DNA of 64,000 bases from Paramecium tetraurelia (Eukaryota). The translations under genes were made by a program, and so were the position numbers. The DNA lies in the NCBI GenBank assembly GCA_000165425.1, contig CT868016.1, forward strand, positions 62,001 through 126,000, read 5' to 3'. Shown here piece by piece: positions 27,301 through 40,871 of this stretch (positions within the stretch are counted from its first letter, which is position 1; every line of letters begins with the position of its first letter). The notes under the pieces were generated by a model. The model searched no databases. It was not told the DNA's origin and was given only the letters and a program-made list of their open reading frames with translations.

Positions 27301-30300
27301 CTTGGAATTGATTATGAACGAAAAAGATAAGTTTATCGTTTAATTAAAGGAAGAACTTCAGAATTGTAAAGATTAGATCCTGGAAATGGAGGAACAATTG
27401 AAAATTAGATAAAATTCATTGGATATGATACAATAATAAGCCTCCTTAATTTCAGAACTTAAATCTTAAGTAGAGAGGAGATAAATAGAAAATCAAACTG
27501 GGGTACAACCAAAACCGGTTCAATAATGTTTTACTAAGAGTATCAGAAGTTCAACTCATAGGATGAGTGGAAAGAAAAGTCAAAATATTGAAGAGTCTCA
27601 AAAGGAAATCATTTCTTATGTGTAAAAAGTAACTGATGTCTCATTCAAATAACAATCAAATCAACAAATTATTTCAATTGTGAATCCTCAAATAAGTGAA
27701 ACTAAATAGATATTGAGACAATCATAAGAAGAATTATAGCAAAGAAATCTATTAAACTAATCAATTATGGTCTTGTAGTAGGAATTAAAGCAAGTCAAAT
27801 TAAATTTATCAAATGAGTAATAAGCCTCAAGTCAATTAAGATTTGAATTATCTTAAGCCAATGCCAAAATTGAATAATTGTAACTTGAACAATCCTAACT
27901 CAAAAATAAATCACAATAAAATGGTATTTGTATTTCAGTTACTATTTCTAGATTCTATCAATGTTGATCGACTAAATACAATGAGTATGAAAACGTATGA
28001 GTCCAACATGCAAAGTTTGAAATCTGAAAAGTAAGACTTGTAATAAAAATTAATTGAGTAAGAATAGTAATTTACTACTTTCACATCCAGAATAAATGAA
28101 CTTTAGAATGAAATCAAAAAGCAGAAAGAATAAATCTAATAATTGAATGATTCAGAAAATTAAAAAGAAAATTAGATCTTTGAATATAAAAGCATCATTG
28201 ATCGATTGCAAAATAATCTAAAATCTGAATAATCGATTGTCAGATAAAAGCAATCTGAAGTGAAATAGATTACTTATCAATAAGAACAAATCTAGTAGAT
28301 GCTCTAATAAGAGTATTAGGAGATTAAGAAAAACAATAATGAACTATCCTAATAGAAATTGAAATTGGAGTTAGAGATCTAAGAATTAAAATCTCAGTTG
28401 CAATAATCATAAGTTAACTAGCAATTTTATGAGTCTAAAATTACGAAATTGAACTCAGAGATACTCTTAGTTAGGGAGAAACTTGGAAAATTTGAACAAA
28501 AAACAATTTAAATTGAGTAGACTAAGACTTAAAGCAGTTAAAATAGTGACTAATTATAATCGCAATTTTAACAGCAGATACAAGAGTTAACAAGTAAATT
28601 AGAAAGGTAGTAATAATTAAGTAATTTAAATCAATAGGAGTTAAATAATCAATTATAGATTCTTAAAGAATAATATTAAGATACCATTTTCAAGTTTGAG
28701 AACAGTTAAGAATAGGTTAAATTGTTATAAAATAGTCTTGCACAATAAAAGTAACAATATCTGAATGATATGAATGAGAATGCTTAGATGCTTTCAATTA
28801 CAAATCAAGAAAATTAAAATCTGAAAATATAGATTGAACACTTAAATCAACAATTGAGTGCCTACAAAGAATCTAATACAAATGTTCAGAAGTGGCAGAG
28901 TCAAGTAGATTAATTGCAAAAATAATTACGCGAAGATAAACTACAATAACAAGAGTAAATTATTATCATTATCATATAAGTTTGAATAACCAATTGCAAA
29001 ATTAATTGTTTTAGTTTCAACAATCCAAGCGAGAATGGCAAGACCTAATATAGAGGTTACAGGAAGATAACAATCAGCTACAAGCAAATCTCAACAGAGT
29101 TCTTACAGCCAGATCAGAAAAGGAGTAGATTGACAACTATACACACTAATAAAACTAAAATATTTAGATAACAACCAATACTATCAAGACTTAGTTCATG
29201 AGTAATACGTCGGGGATGTCATCAGAGAAGATATTAATTGAATTACAGATAGCTTAAGAAGAAAATGTCAAATTGATTAGTTAATTGTAAGTGCTTCAGT
29301 TGAACAACAAATAGTTAAACAAAGAGATATAAGATTTTGATGAAAAGCAAAGGCAATTAGAAAATAGATACAAGGAATAATACTTGAGAATTCAATTAGA
29401 GCACGACCTCTCATTTAAAAAGATTGAATAGGAAAATGTGAAACTAATTAGCTAAGTGGAGGTTTATTAGAAAAAGTAATAGCAATAAGAAATTTTAATT
29501 GATGATTACATAGCATAGATTGAAAAGTTGAATATCATCAACAATCAACTATAATCGTAGTTATTATTGGTGTAAAAGGACAACTCCAATTTTTACAAGG
29601 ACTAAGATAAATAGATCTATAGGTTGAGTGAAATCAATTAACAATTATTAACTTAAATAACACAATTAAATAATTAGAAGAATACAGATCAATTGCAAAT
29701 TAAAGATTTGATAGTTATTAAGTAGACATTGGAAGAACAATTGAGTTAACATTCAGAGGAAATATTTTCTTTGAATGAAAGACTTAAAGATCTATCTGAT
29801 TAAAATACTCAATTAACTCATATGAACTCAGGATATCTAAATTAGATAACTGGATTGTAAGCTTAGTTATCTGAATTGTAAATCAAATTCACTCAAAATA
29901 TCTATGAAAACAAACCAAGATTTAGTGATCAATAACCTAGATAGTCCACCTCGAGCAATAGTAGGCAAATTGAAGAATTGAACAACAAGATTATTAGTCT
30001 AAATAATTAAGTCAATATTTTGAATCAATAAAAATCTTAAATTTAGTAAGAATTGATTTCAGTGAGAAAACAATTACAAAATGAGTAGGATGACAGATTT
30101 TCATAGCAATCTCGATAAAATAGATCCAATTAATATAAAGTAGCAAGTGAAATGGAGGAAAGAATTAGGTAATTGTAACAACAACTGGAGGAGGAGAAAC
30201 TAGGAAAATTTAGTAATAATAGTGAAGTTGAATTGAAAAACAAATAAATCATGATTTTAGAATAGAACAATAAAAAATTATAATAATAATTGGAATAATT

Positions 30301-31909
30301 GAATCTATAAATTGAAGAGGAGAAATCTCTACTTTATAAAGAGATTGATTAGTTGTCTGAATAGAATAAACGAACAAAACAATTAAAGACTTCTGAGTAT
30401 GATATCGAATTCAGAAATTCAGTTAAATAAAGCGAAAGTCTTAAGTAGGAATTACTGTAAGCCAATCAAACCATTAAGAAGTAGTAGAGTCGTATCGCAA
30501 CTTTGGAAGATTAGATTACTAAATAAAATAATGGATCAATTGATATGGATAGATAAAATAGATTTATTCTAGAGTTAGAGGAGAAGCTTAAAGGAAATCA
30601 ACGTAAATATGAAATTGAAATTAAAGAATTAAAAAATGATAAGCAATCTCTCAATTAATAGTTAGAAAAGGCTCAATATGAGTTACAAGAAATTAAATCT
30701 AAATATCATATTGAATTAGAAAAAACAGAATAGAAATTATAGAAAGAAAACCAGCGATTCTCTTTGTAATTAAATGATAAAGCAGCTTATTTGAGTCAAT
30801 TAGAAGTGAAAAATAGATAGTTGAAAGAGGAAATTCTGAATTAATAAGAAAGATACGATGAGAAATTAAGATAAGCTAACGAGAGAATCAAAGAAGTGAC
30901 TGAGGATTTAGAGATAATGATTGATAATTATAAGAAGGAAAAGCAAGTATTTAATAATATAATTAATTTAGTTAAGTTAAAAATGGGAGAGATAGAATGA
31001 AGATCTACGTAGATAATTACAATCTTCAGTTGATGATGTTAAGATAAAGACTGAAAGATTGAGTGTGGAAAAATATGAAAGGATGTCTTTAGATAGTAGA
31101 AAATAGATTGAGCAAGTTTAATAATAGTTAAATAATGAGATAAATGGATTGAAATAAGATATTAGATTAAAAAATGAGTAAATCAATTAGTTAAAATCTA
31201 CTAATTAATCTCTTTAATAAAAGTTGAGTAAATTTGAAACTTATATTCGGGATTTGGAAGATTAATTATAATAGTTTTCAAATAAAGAAGAGTAATTATT
31301 GAGAGATTTGAATTAATCAAAAAATTAATCTTTAGCAGATTCCTTAAATGTGAAGGTAATGGCATTAGAAAACAATTTAGTTAAAGCATAACAAAGAGAA
31401 GATTAATTATTACAAAAAATAAGATAATTAGAAAATTAATAAAATTCATTTCGAAATAATTCTGATTATAGAAATTTAGAAGTCAAAAACAATAATATGT
31501 TTGAGGAAATCTAGATTTTAGTTTAGACAATTAAAAACTAAGATCAAGAGATTGCTACTTTGAAAAATGAATTAACTTCCTATCAAAGAGAAGTGTCATT
31601 TATGAAAGAGGTTGTTAAGGAAGACACTAGTAGATTAGAGACATCTTCAGTTTTAGATGATAAAAACAGAAGAATAGTGGAATTAGAGAATAAGTGTGCA
31701 TTACTTGCTAATGAGAACACTAGACTCAATTAACTAAAAGTATTATATTAGCATTAATTTATTAGGTGAAGTAGGTTGATGAATGGAAAGTAAAATATGA
31801 TAAATTACAATAAGAATTAGAGAAGAGTTTAAATATGAAAGGTTGGGATGATCAATCAAGAAATATTGTAATGTCTAGCAATTTTGGATACTTATCAAAT
31901 GTTAAATGA
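24339..31909 (+). CDS. Giant (~2,500 aa) Q/E/L-rich coiled-coil protein, probably cytoskeletal/cortical
   Basis: Near-continuous heptad-rich code-6 frame from MSYTPQQQEEV to ...NKCALLANENTRLNQ...SNVK*. Short introns near 27865, 28955, 30947 and 31740; frameshifts at 25160-26170. Confidence 0.85.
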
Positions 31910-31977
31910 ATTATTTAATTATATAACAGTTATTTCTATTTCTTTTTTACATATTTTCATAAATTAAATAAATTTCT

Positions 31978-34900
31978 TCATTCTATTAAATAAAGCTTCC
32001 TTTTTTTTTCATTCTATCTTTTCCTCCAAAAGTAATATCCAATTCCAAAGCAAATTAATATCACAATTATTAGTACCCATATTTACCAGAATGTAAAGTA
32101 ATTGTATACCACAAGTAATTAGACAGAAGCAATCGAAGAAGTGAATCCATTAGATACATTAAATTGCAAGTACTCATTTTCTATTTTTCCCTTGATACAT
32201 AATTCCAATTTATCATTAAGACTATATTTGTTATAATATCTCTGTTTACTTTAATCTACACTATAGAGAAATGGCTAAAACATAATTTAATTTATTTACT
32301 TAATATAATTCACTTATTATTTCGAAATTAGAATCTGAATCAGTTGGAATTGCTATTCCTCCAATGGGATTTATAACCTCGTATTAGTTTTATTGATATA
32401 GTGTTAGGATGCTTTATTCATCTTTTTGATACTAAATGATCACCTTATTTTAATAGCTAATTGACTTTATCGCAATCCAATCTGCATAATTCTGGAATAC
32501 AAGTAATTTCTCTTTTGACTGACCCTTTTTTGGTGACAATTCGACATGTATTTAAAAATGTAAATATGTTTAAGATATAAACAATAGCTCCTACTTTATA
32601 GTCTAATTAATTATTTCAGAGCTGATTATGTGCAAATTCAACCATTCCTCATCTACATTTTAGAATCCATGATTCTTTATAATTTTATTAATATCAATCG
32701 TATGCTTCTCTAAATCAATTTATTATTCGCTTTGCTTTGGGTCAAATGGTAATATATTTAATTGGTAATCGTAATAATATATGTAATATTAGGATGTATT
32801 CTATATGATATTCATGTAATATCCTGGTAACTGCATATTTGTAACTAATTTGCATTAATTTAGTCTAAAATCTTCATTACATTAATAAAAAGCAATTAAA
32901 TATTTCTCAATCAAAAACATATCTTACCCAAACAATGCTATATCGATTAATTTGGAACTTATGATTAAATTCTCTTTATCAACTTTAAAAGTATTATCAA
33001 TAGACCTCCATTACATTATAGACAAGGAATCTTAAATGTTACATTTTAAGAGAATCTTTGAAGATGATGAATATAATATTTGAGTGCATTTTTAATCAAA
33101 TTAGGCTTATTGAATGATTTATTTGTTTGATGTTTGAATAATAATAAATTTATTTGGATAGAGAATGATCAATTAATTTTGATCTAAATCTTTGATGTCC
33201 ACTCCAGCTTCAAAATAATTGATTTGATTTAAGTTTAGATATTGTTGTAATTAAATTTAATAATTACAATCTCTACAATTCAATTCTATGTTTGTGACTA
33301 TCGAGTTCTTGATCCAATCATCTGAAATTGTTTCACAAAAATCCTAATATTTCTAACTTAATTATTGAGTCACATTCAAATCATCCTGATTTAATTGTAT
33401 TTAAGTTTGAAAATTCCTTATAGTTTCAACAGAAGATAGAATAATATTCTAATTCTAATTTTCAATAAATGTTGTCATATTAATTTGTTCGATGAAAAGT
33501 GAATTTTTCATTTCGCAAGTAGATTATATTTAGAAATCATGATAAAATTCAATAATTGTATCTTCTTTAATAAAAATTTTATTATCAAAAGCAGTCAAAA
33601 ATCTTTCTTCATACACATCTACTTTATGCCAAAATGAATTAACATTCAACTTGTTTACATTATAAACCAAGAGTTTATTATCAGAGATTATGTAAATCCA
33701 ACCATCATAAGTATATCGCGTTGCCATATTCATTTTATAGCCAAAAGAAGGTAACTATCTGACAAAATGAATGTCCTCTTATTAAACCATATCATATATT
33801 AAATATTAATTGCCAATCATGATTGCAAAATACTTTTCAAATATTAAAATGTCTTAGACTTTATCCTCAAATGTTAGGATGTCAATTATTGAAAATCCAA
33901 TCAAAGAGCAACTTAAAATGATCACTTCAGTATCTTCCTGATTCCTAACAAATACTTTAGTACTCTATGGATTAGCGTGAATGCCTGAAGGAGCCCATTT
34001 TTTTACTCCCAAAGCCTAGATGGTTTAGGAATTAATCTCAAAGAGGCTCAATAAATCAATATAGGAAGAATAGTAGGCTTCGATTGTAGAATTAGCTATT
34101 GATAATAGAAGTAGAACTTCTTTGCTTTTTTAAACTTTATCACCATAGCTCTTAGTTGTGATGGTATGAGTGAATATTTTTTTATTTTACATTGTGAATA
34201 CAAAAAGAGTATATGGATCTGTTTATGGATATGCTATCAACATCGTATTGGATGAAGACCAAGTGCATGAATTATTCTGCCTTAAATAGTCTAACTTTAT
34301 CATAGTCTAAAAAATCTAACAAGTTGAATTTGCAATTGAGCAATAAGTAAATTGAACCCAATCATTATTAAATTATTTAGCTATCAAATATTCCTATTCA
34401 ATTTATGCAACTGAGAAAAAGGTTAAAGAACTATTGCTTGGTTGAATCTAAATGTTTGAATTATCAAACTTTTTTACACTTATGTGGAGGTTTACCAAAT
34501 TATTGGAGATATTTAAAGCTTTTATTTTTATATTCTATCCTTAAATTGTTTAAACATTTAAATAGATTTGAGCATTTTTTGGATATGTTGGTATCGCACC
34601 AGAAAATAAACTTTGATTTGTTTCTGATACGAAGATTCGTTCAGTGTCTGTTGAAACTGTCGAATGATGTATTTAAAATGTGCATTTTTCATTGTTAGGC
34701 AGATTTTAGATAATTTAAGATACATGTGTATCTTCATAAATTATATTTGATTTATGGACTATAGAGTGTTAATTAAGTAGTAGATACCTTCCTATGTTGA
34801 ATTATTTAATAGCTATGATATCATCTTATGTGTAATCGTTTAATAAGAACTGTATATTTGGTACTTCCTTTTAGGAGATGCTTCTTAATTACAAATCAAA

Positions 34901-35956
34901 TGTTCTTATTATTTTATTTTCTGATAATGTAAATATTACTGATTATGCCATATAAATTTAGTCAACTTGTGTGTCTAAGATTTATGAAAATGAATCTGTA
35001 AGAGTCTAAAATAGAATCTTATTTCCATAATTGATAACATATGTTCCAACTTTTTTGAAGTTAAAATCAAATGATTTTACGTTCTCTCCATGTTAGAATT
35101 CATGCAATAATTTCCATTAAGTTTCACGTTTTGAATAATTCAACACCAAAACACATCCATCATAATTTAAAATAGCTATTTAACCTACTGTGCTTATTCG
35201 AAAATCCACAATCTATAGATTTTGAGAAGTAGAGGTTAAGTACTTCAGAGCAGTTGAATCAAGATAATACTCCAACATACCTTATTGATTAAATACTTCA
35301 AGGACTGAATTATACTACTATAGATTCAAATCATAAAGAGAAGCTCTAAATAACTACTTATTAGCAGCTAATAATTTCCTTTTGGTAGCAGAAGTATAGC
35401 CAATTAAATTATCATTCACACTTTTCATAAAAGTTTAGGTTTCATCATCCCAAAAAAACATAACATTTTACATTCCTCCATTTTCTTCTACATAAATACA
35501 ATCAGCAACAACGGTCGAATCAGATAAAAATGCTAAGTCAAAACAAAAATCTGCATCTATATCAGTGCTGAATTTGTCAAATTAAGGGATTCTACTCTTC
35601 TGACCTCTATTTATCTGGTTACTTATTGAGATTTTGAGTTTATTATTATTTTTTACCAAAGCTGCGAATTTGTTCTTCCATTCATAACTAAGATCCTATT
35701 ATAAAACATCAACTGCTAAAATTTAAGTGGAATCATAATCGACTTATTCCAATAGTTTTATTGGATCAATGTAACTAAGTGTTTGTGATTAGTCAATTAT
35801 TTAAATATTGCTAAAATCTCTGCTCATAAACACATCCTCATAATTCAACTTTACTTATTCATTCTGAGAGGAAAAGATTTGAACTGAGTCTTTTTGAAAT
35901 TTAGTACACCCTTATGATGTGTGTACCATTAATAATAGTACTATCATAAAAACCAT
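31978..35956 (-). CDS. Large type I membrane protein (~1,317 aa) with beta-rich ectodomain
   Basis: Signal peptide MVFMIVLLLMVHTSQG, then a C-terminal TM IWVLIIVILICFGIGYYFW followed by RKR and a short tail. One 25-nt intron makes the length a multiple of 3. Confidence 0.8.
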
Positions 35957-35981
35957 ATATTAATATTTATATCAACATTAA

Positions 35982-38900
35982 TCAATTTTTGCAACCCAGA
36001 TTCTCTAATATACTTAATATAGTATCTTCAAGATAGCCTTAAGAGAATATCAGCTAAGGGCCGATGGACAAAAAGTATTTTTTTAAACCTAATTTACATT
36101 ATTTGCTTAGCTTTCTCAAGCTTATTTCTTCTTCCAGTCTATCATTTTTGAAAATAAAAATTTACATCATACAACCTACTTTAGTAAAAATGCTTACTTG
36201 ACTTATGTAGACTTATCAAGAATAAGTCTGAGTTCAAATAAAATAATACTGATTTAATAAATCTCATCTTTCGAACAAACCTTTAAATCTTCAATCCCTA
36301 ATCAACTTCCAAACACCTTATGTGACCCTTCATTATATACACATATAAATTATTTTTAGTAAAATCTACGGAAGATTGAAATTTTTTTGGCATGTTGAAA
36401 ATGCACTCAGCAAACTCATTATTCTTATCCTTAAATGTCAACCTTAAGTTTAATTAATAAACCTCAATGTCTATATTATCTACAACTAAGGTTGTTACAT
36501 AAACTGGTTAAAATTCGCGAGAATTGTCAGCAGAATATTCTAAAGAATCCTATTCTTAAAAGGAAATATTAAATTATTAGGATGTTAAATACTCACCCTA
36601 AGAATTTAAAAATCCTGCACTAAATTAAAACTTTATTGATTAATTCTCTAAATTCCTTATTTCAGATTGATCAAAATCTTATCTCTCTTAAACATCAACT
36701 TTGTCTTAATCCTCTGCTTATGAAACTTAAATGTTCTCATTTTATTGTTTTAATTCAACAGATTCAGTCATTGACTTTTTTTCCAAATCATTATTATCGT
36801 TATTTTCGATAAAGTTATTTATGTTTGAATTCTCTGGTTTGTTAAATACCTATTAAGTTTAAGTTAAAGTTTATAATTAATTATAATCTCTACTTCTATT
36901 AAGTTAAACTTCAACTTTTTGGTCTTAGAACTCCACAGGTTAATATACTGAAATGGATTCTTAATTCGATGTTTATATATCTTAATTGTCTTGATCATCA
37001 TTTTTTATCGATTCTTTTTATGCATAGTCTATATTATTCTCTTCATTCTTTTATATTTCTAAACTCAATTCAATATTAGTTTAATTTTGGGTTTCCTCTA
37101 TTTTTTACACTTTTAAATGTAATTCTATTTCTTCTTCTTTTTAATTATTATCTTTTTATGCATTTTATTCTATAGAACCTTAGATATGAACATTGAATTC
37201 ATAATCTTGTTGTCTTTCAGGGACTACAGATTCTTAAATATTTATTTATTAGATTTCTTAGTTTTTATCCTCAATTTACAATTATTCCACTTCAATTAGT
37301 TCATTATTACTTATTTGACTTTAAAACTGCTGTATGTCTTATTTAAAATCATGCTTAGGATAATCATCAATAATTGAATTCTATTATTTTGAGTAGTTTT
37401 CATTTGATGTCTCCTCCTTATTCTGTATGAGAACATCTTAATCATATAATTGCTATTCTTCATCATCAAAATTTTATTTATTTGTACTATCTTCTACAAC
37501 TTGAATAGTATTTAATTATTCATTATTGTTGTGATCAGAATCTGTAGGTATTAATTTAATTTTATAATATTCTACCTCTTATTCAATATTTTAATCATGC
37601 TTGATTTACTCATTTTCGTTTTGATTGATCTACTAATTTTGGTTCATTTGATTCACTTCTGAATACTGTTCATGCTTCTCCTCTGAAAATGGTTAATGCT
37701 TTTCATCCGATTATGTTTCCTACTTTTGATCTGATTATAGTTAATGTATCTCTTCTGAATATGGTTGATGATTCTCATCTTATTAAAGTTCATGTTATTG
37801 GTCTATCTGTATTTCCTACTTCTCCTCTGATTATGGCTCCTACTTCTCTTCTTATTATGGTTAATTATTCTCTTCTTATTTTTGTTAGTTATTCTCTTTT
37901 ATAAATTATTCTAGTTGAACATCATTCGAATCTTAACTGATCAATTATGGTTTTGGTATTTCCTCATGAACTAGTTAAATTTTTGTATTATCATTCTCTA
38001 TAGATTCATTATTTTCTAACTATTAACTTTATTAAATCTATTCTTATTATTATTCTTAATTTTCGAGATTAGGTGATTCTTATCTTAATATTAAAATATG
38101 ATATTTATTCCCTACTATTTAAGTGATTTATATTTCAATTTACAAAAGTAATCTATTAATATATATAAAATTCTTTTATTCCAAATAAAGTTTGATTTGA
38201 TTATTATCTATTTGTATAATATTGATTATCTAGTTGGTAATCAAATCTATCAAAATATTGAATTCATAGGAATCCTTAGTAATTTCTTCATTTAATATCG
38301 ATTAGCAATTATTAATATTTAAATAAAATCTAAAATCTTATTTATACTTTCCTTTTCTCTCAACTAATAAAATCCTAATCCTCTTCAACTTATATGAATA
38401 GTTTGATAGTATTATGAACTGATGATCATCTATATCCTTTACTTTTTTATCATTGTGTCCTATTTCAAATTTATCCTTTTTTTTTATAAGTTTTAATTAT
38501 TTTTGCCACCATTTCTAAATAATAATGATCTTTCTCAATTTTTCTAATTTCTTCTTCTTCCATTCATTAAATTTCTTTTATGCTATCCATCTTTTTACTG
38601 AGGCTTGAATAGTTGTGGCTGCCTTAAACCTAATTTGTCTTTTATTTAGATTCTTGTTGCATTGTATTATTATCTAAGAATTATTATTCTTTTCTATATT
38701 TTTTACTTACTCAATTCTCTCCTGCAAATTCTACAATTCGTCGATCTTCACTTATTTAATCCTTTATAAAAATGATATCATACTTTTCAAGTTCAAAGAT
38801 GCTTTGCTTAAGAGAATCAAGTCTTTAATGTTGACTTCTATCTTGATAATTATCTTGGCTCTATCTGTATGTTGCAGATACTGAATCATGGCACTCACTT

Positions 38901-39280
38901 TGAACTAAAGAAACCTAACTATTTTAGATCTCTTAGAATAAGTTAGCATATTTGGTCGTCAAAGGCAAAAGCTGGAAATCTGTCAAGGAGACAACTGTTC
39001 TTTTGACAGAGTCAATCTTTTTCGGAGGAGCCTTCTTTTGGGGTAGTTGTTTCATAGAAGGCATTGAAGAAAACATTGTTTTATTGAGGTTGCTAAGATT
39101 GGTAGAGTTATTTATTTTAAATACTACTTACTTACCTTTGACTTCAAAGAACTCTGGCTTCAAACTATAAGCCTTCATGTAAGGTTAAATTTTTTTTGAT
39201 ATCAATTTTCTGTGTGATTTGTTTTATTGGGTTTCCACATAATCATTGACTTAAACTTAGATTAATGATTTATTATTCAT
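35982..39280 (-). CDS. IQ-motif protein with long acidic Q/E/N/D low-complexity region
   Basis: AATTIQASVKRWIAQKKF and IIIQKWWQKQLK motifs. 22-nt intron near 38762-38783; ends ENLGCKN*. The start codon is uncertain. Confidence 0.7.
37655..37900 (-). repeat. Degenerate 24-bp coding repeat (~10 octapeptides)
   Basis: Translates as KENNQQKQ EENNQPQQ EEKQEPQS EEKQEIQI DQQHELQQ DENHQPYS EEIHQLQS DQKQETQS DEKHQPFS EEKHEQYS. Confidence 0.8.
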
Positions 39281-39288
39281 AATATAAA

Positions 39289-39706
39289 TCAAAAGTAAAG
39301 AGCTTTTTTATATTTTTAGGGCGTGGCCAACCGTTGGATCTCGCATTTCAAATTTTACACCTCACATTATAATTCATTATAGAGACACTTAAACAAGACC
39401 TTTTGCTTTTGGAGTTTATGTTTCATCTTTGCATTTTGTTACATATAATTATACTTCATTCTCCTATTCGAATGCTCGATTGAGTCTCTCAGTCAGAATA
39501 TTAATGGTTTGATCCTTTTCCTTTATCTTTTGGGCGGGCTTTACAACTGTCTTATTAGAACTCTTGCATTGTAAATATTCACTTTTCACACTACGCGTCG
39601 TTCTGTTACTCTTTCGAACACTCTCACTTCGCTTGATTTGAGATCTCAAATCATCTATCTTCTTCTCTTGCCTCCTGATCGTTTCGATTAATAACATGGT
39701 AGACAT
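39289..39706 (-). CDS. Small coiled-coil protein (129 aa)
   Basis: Track ORF MSTMLLIETIRRQEKK... extended through TAG (Gln) and a 28-nt intron to ...QKYKKALYF*. Confidence 0.65.
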
Positions 39707-40023
39707 CTGTTAAATTAAAATTTATTATTAATTTATAACCAAAACCCCTCAATTTTACACCTAGATCACTTACCACCCAAAAAATCCCATACAACAAACA
39801 TTCGTTGTTTTGTATATATTACTTTTATCAAAAAGTTTAAATTGATCATTTGATTATATAAATATCTTGGATTGGCTCTGTTTAGTCTAACTCTATAAAA
39901 AAGGCATCACAATAGCGACACAGCAAAAACTATTATTATATATGCCAATTACTATCAACTTTTATGATCAAATTGAGTTTTATAATATTCCTGCATTTAT
40001 TTTGGATTACTATTTAAAATATT

Positions 40024-40834
40024 ATGAGCGATTGTAAGGGAAAGAAATTCGACAGTGACGATAGCAGTATATATTTAGTGTAAACCATTAGATATTTATG
40101 AAGTTGAATTTGTGTATGGTAAGAAAATGTTCAAAAAGTAAACACTGTATGCTGTGAAATGGTTGGGATGGGCTAAATCCTAAATGACTTGGGAGCCATT
40201 TTCCAATTTTACTCGCATTTCCAGTTATCTTGTAAGGTATCAGTGACTTATCTAATATTTATAGACGATTAGAAACAAGACTATCTTATGCTTAATATCA
40301 CAAAAAGATTACTCCTAGTTCAGGGGGTATACGAGTTCATATCAAAGGAAAATTTTGTTAAGTCTTATAGAATGAGGCTAAACCATAACGAAAAACTATT
40401 GAATCTGAAAAGAAGATTGTATCTCATTCATCTGATACCTAGGATATTTATGATAAAGCATAGAGGATCATCACATAAATGAAATAAAATCTTTTCTGCT
40501 CGAATAACAGTAATGAAAATCTGAAAAGTTAAAAGAAAGTAAAAAAATAAAATAATCATATATTAAAAATTGTAAATTCCTAAGAAAAGAATTAAACAAT
40601 ATCTCAAACTGGTGGTAATTTAATAGGGTAAGAAAAAATAATACCGAAGTAGATCAATAAATAAAGAGAGTTAAATAATTAGAAATTAATTGATTTAGAA
40701 TTAGAAAGAGATATTGAATTCTTAATTAAACACGAAAAATTAATGAAATAATTTGAGAATCAAAAAAAATAAACTAAATAAGGAAATTTTTTAAAAAGTA
40801 AAGATTATAAGTAGAAATAATAATAATAATAATG

Positions 40835-40871
<37 letters not shown>

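Noticed and set aside
39738..39792. C/A-rich stretch (aaaacccc, ccacccaaaaaatccc) resembling telomeric repeats
   Set aside because: There are no tandem CCC(A/C)AA units; it is just intergenic sequence.
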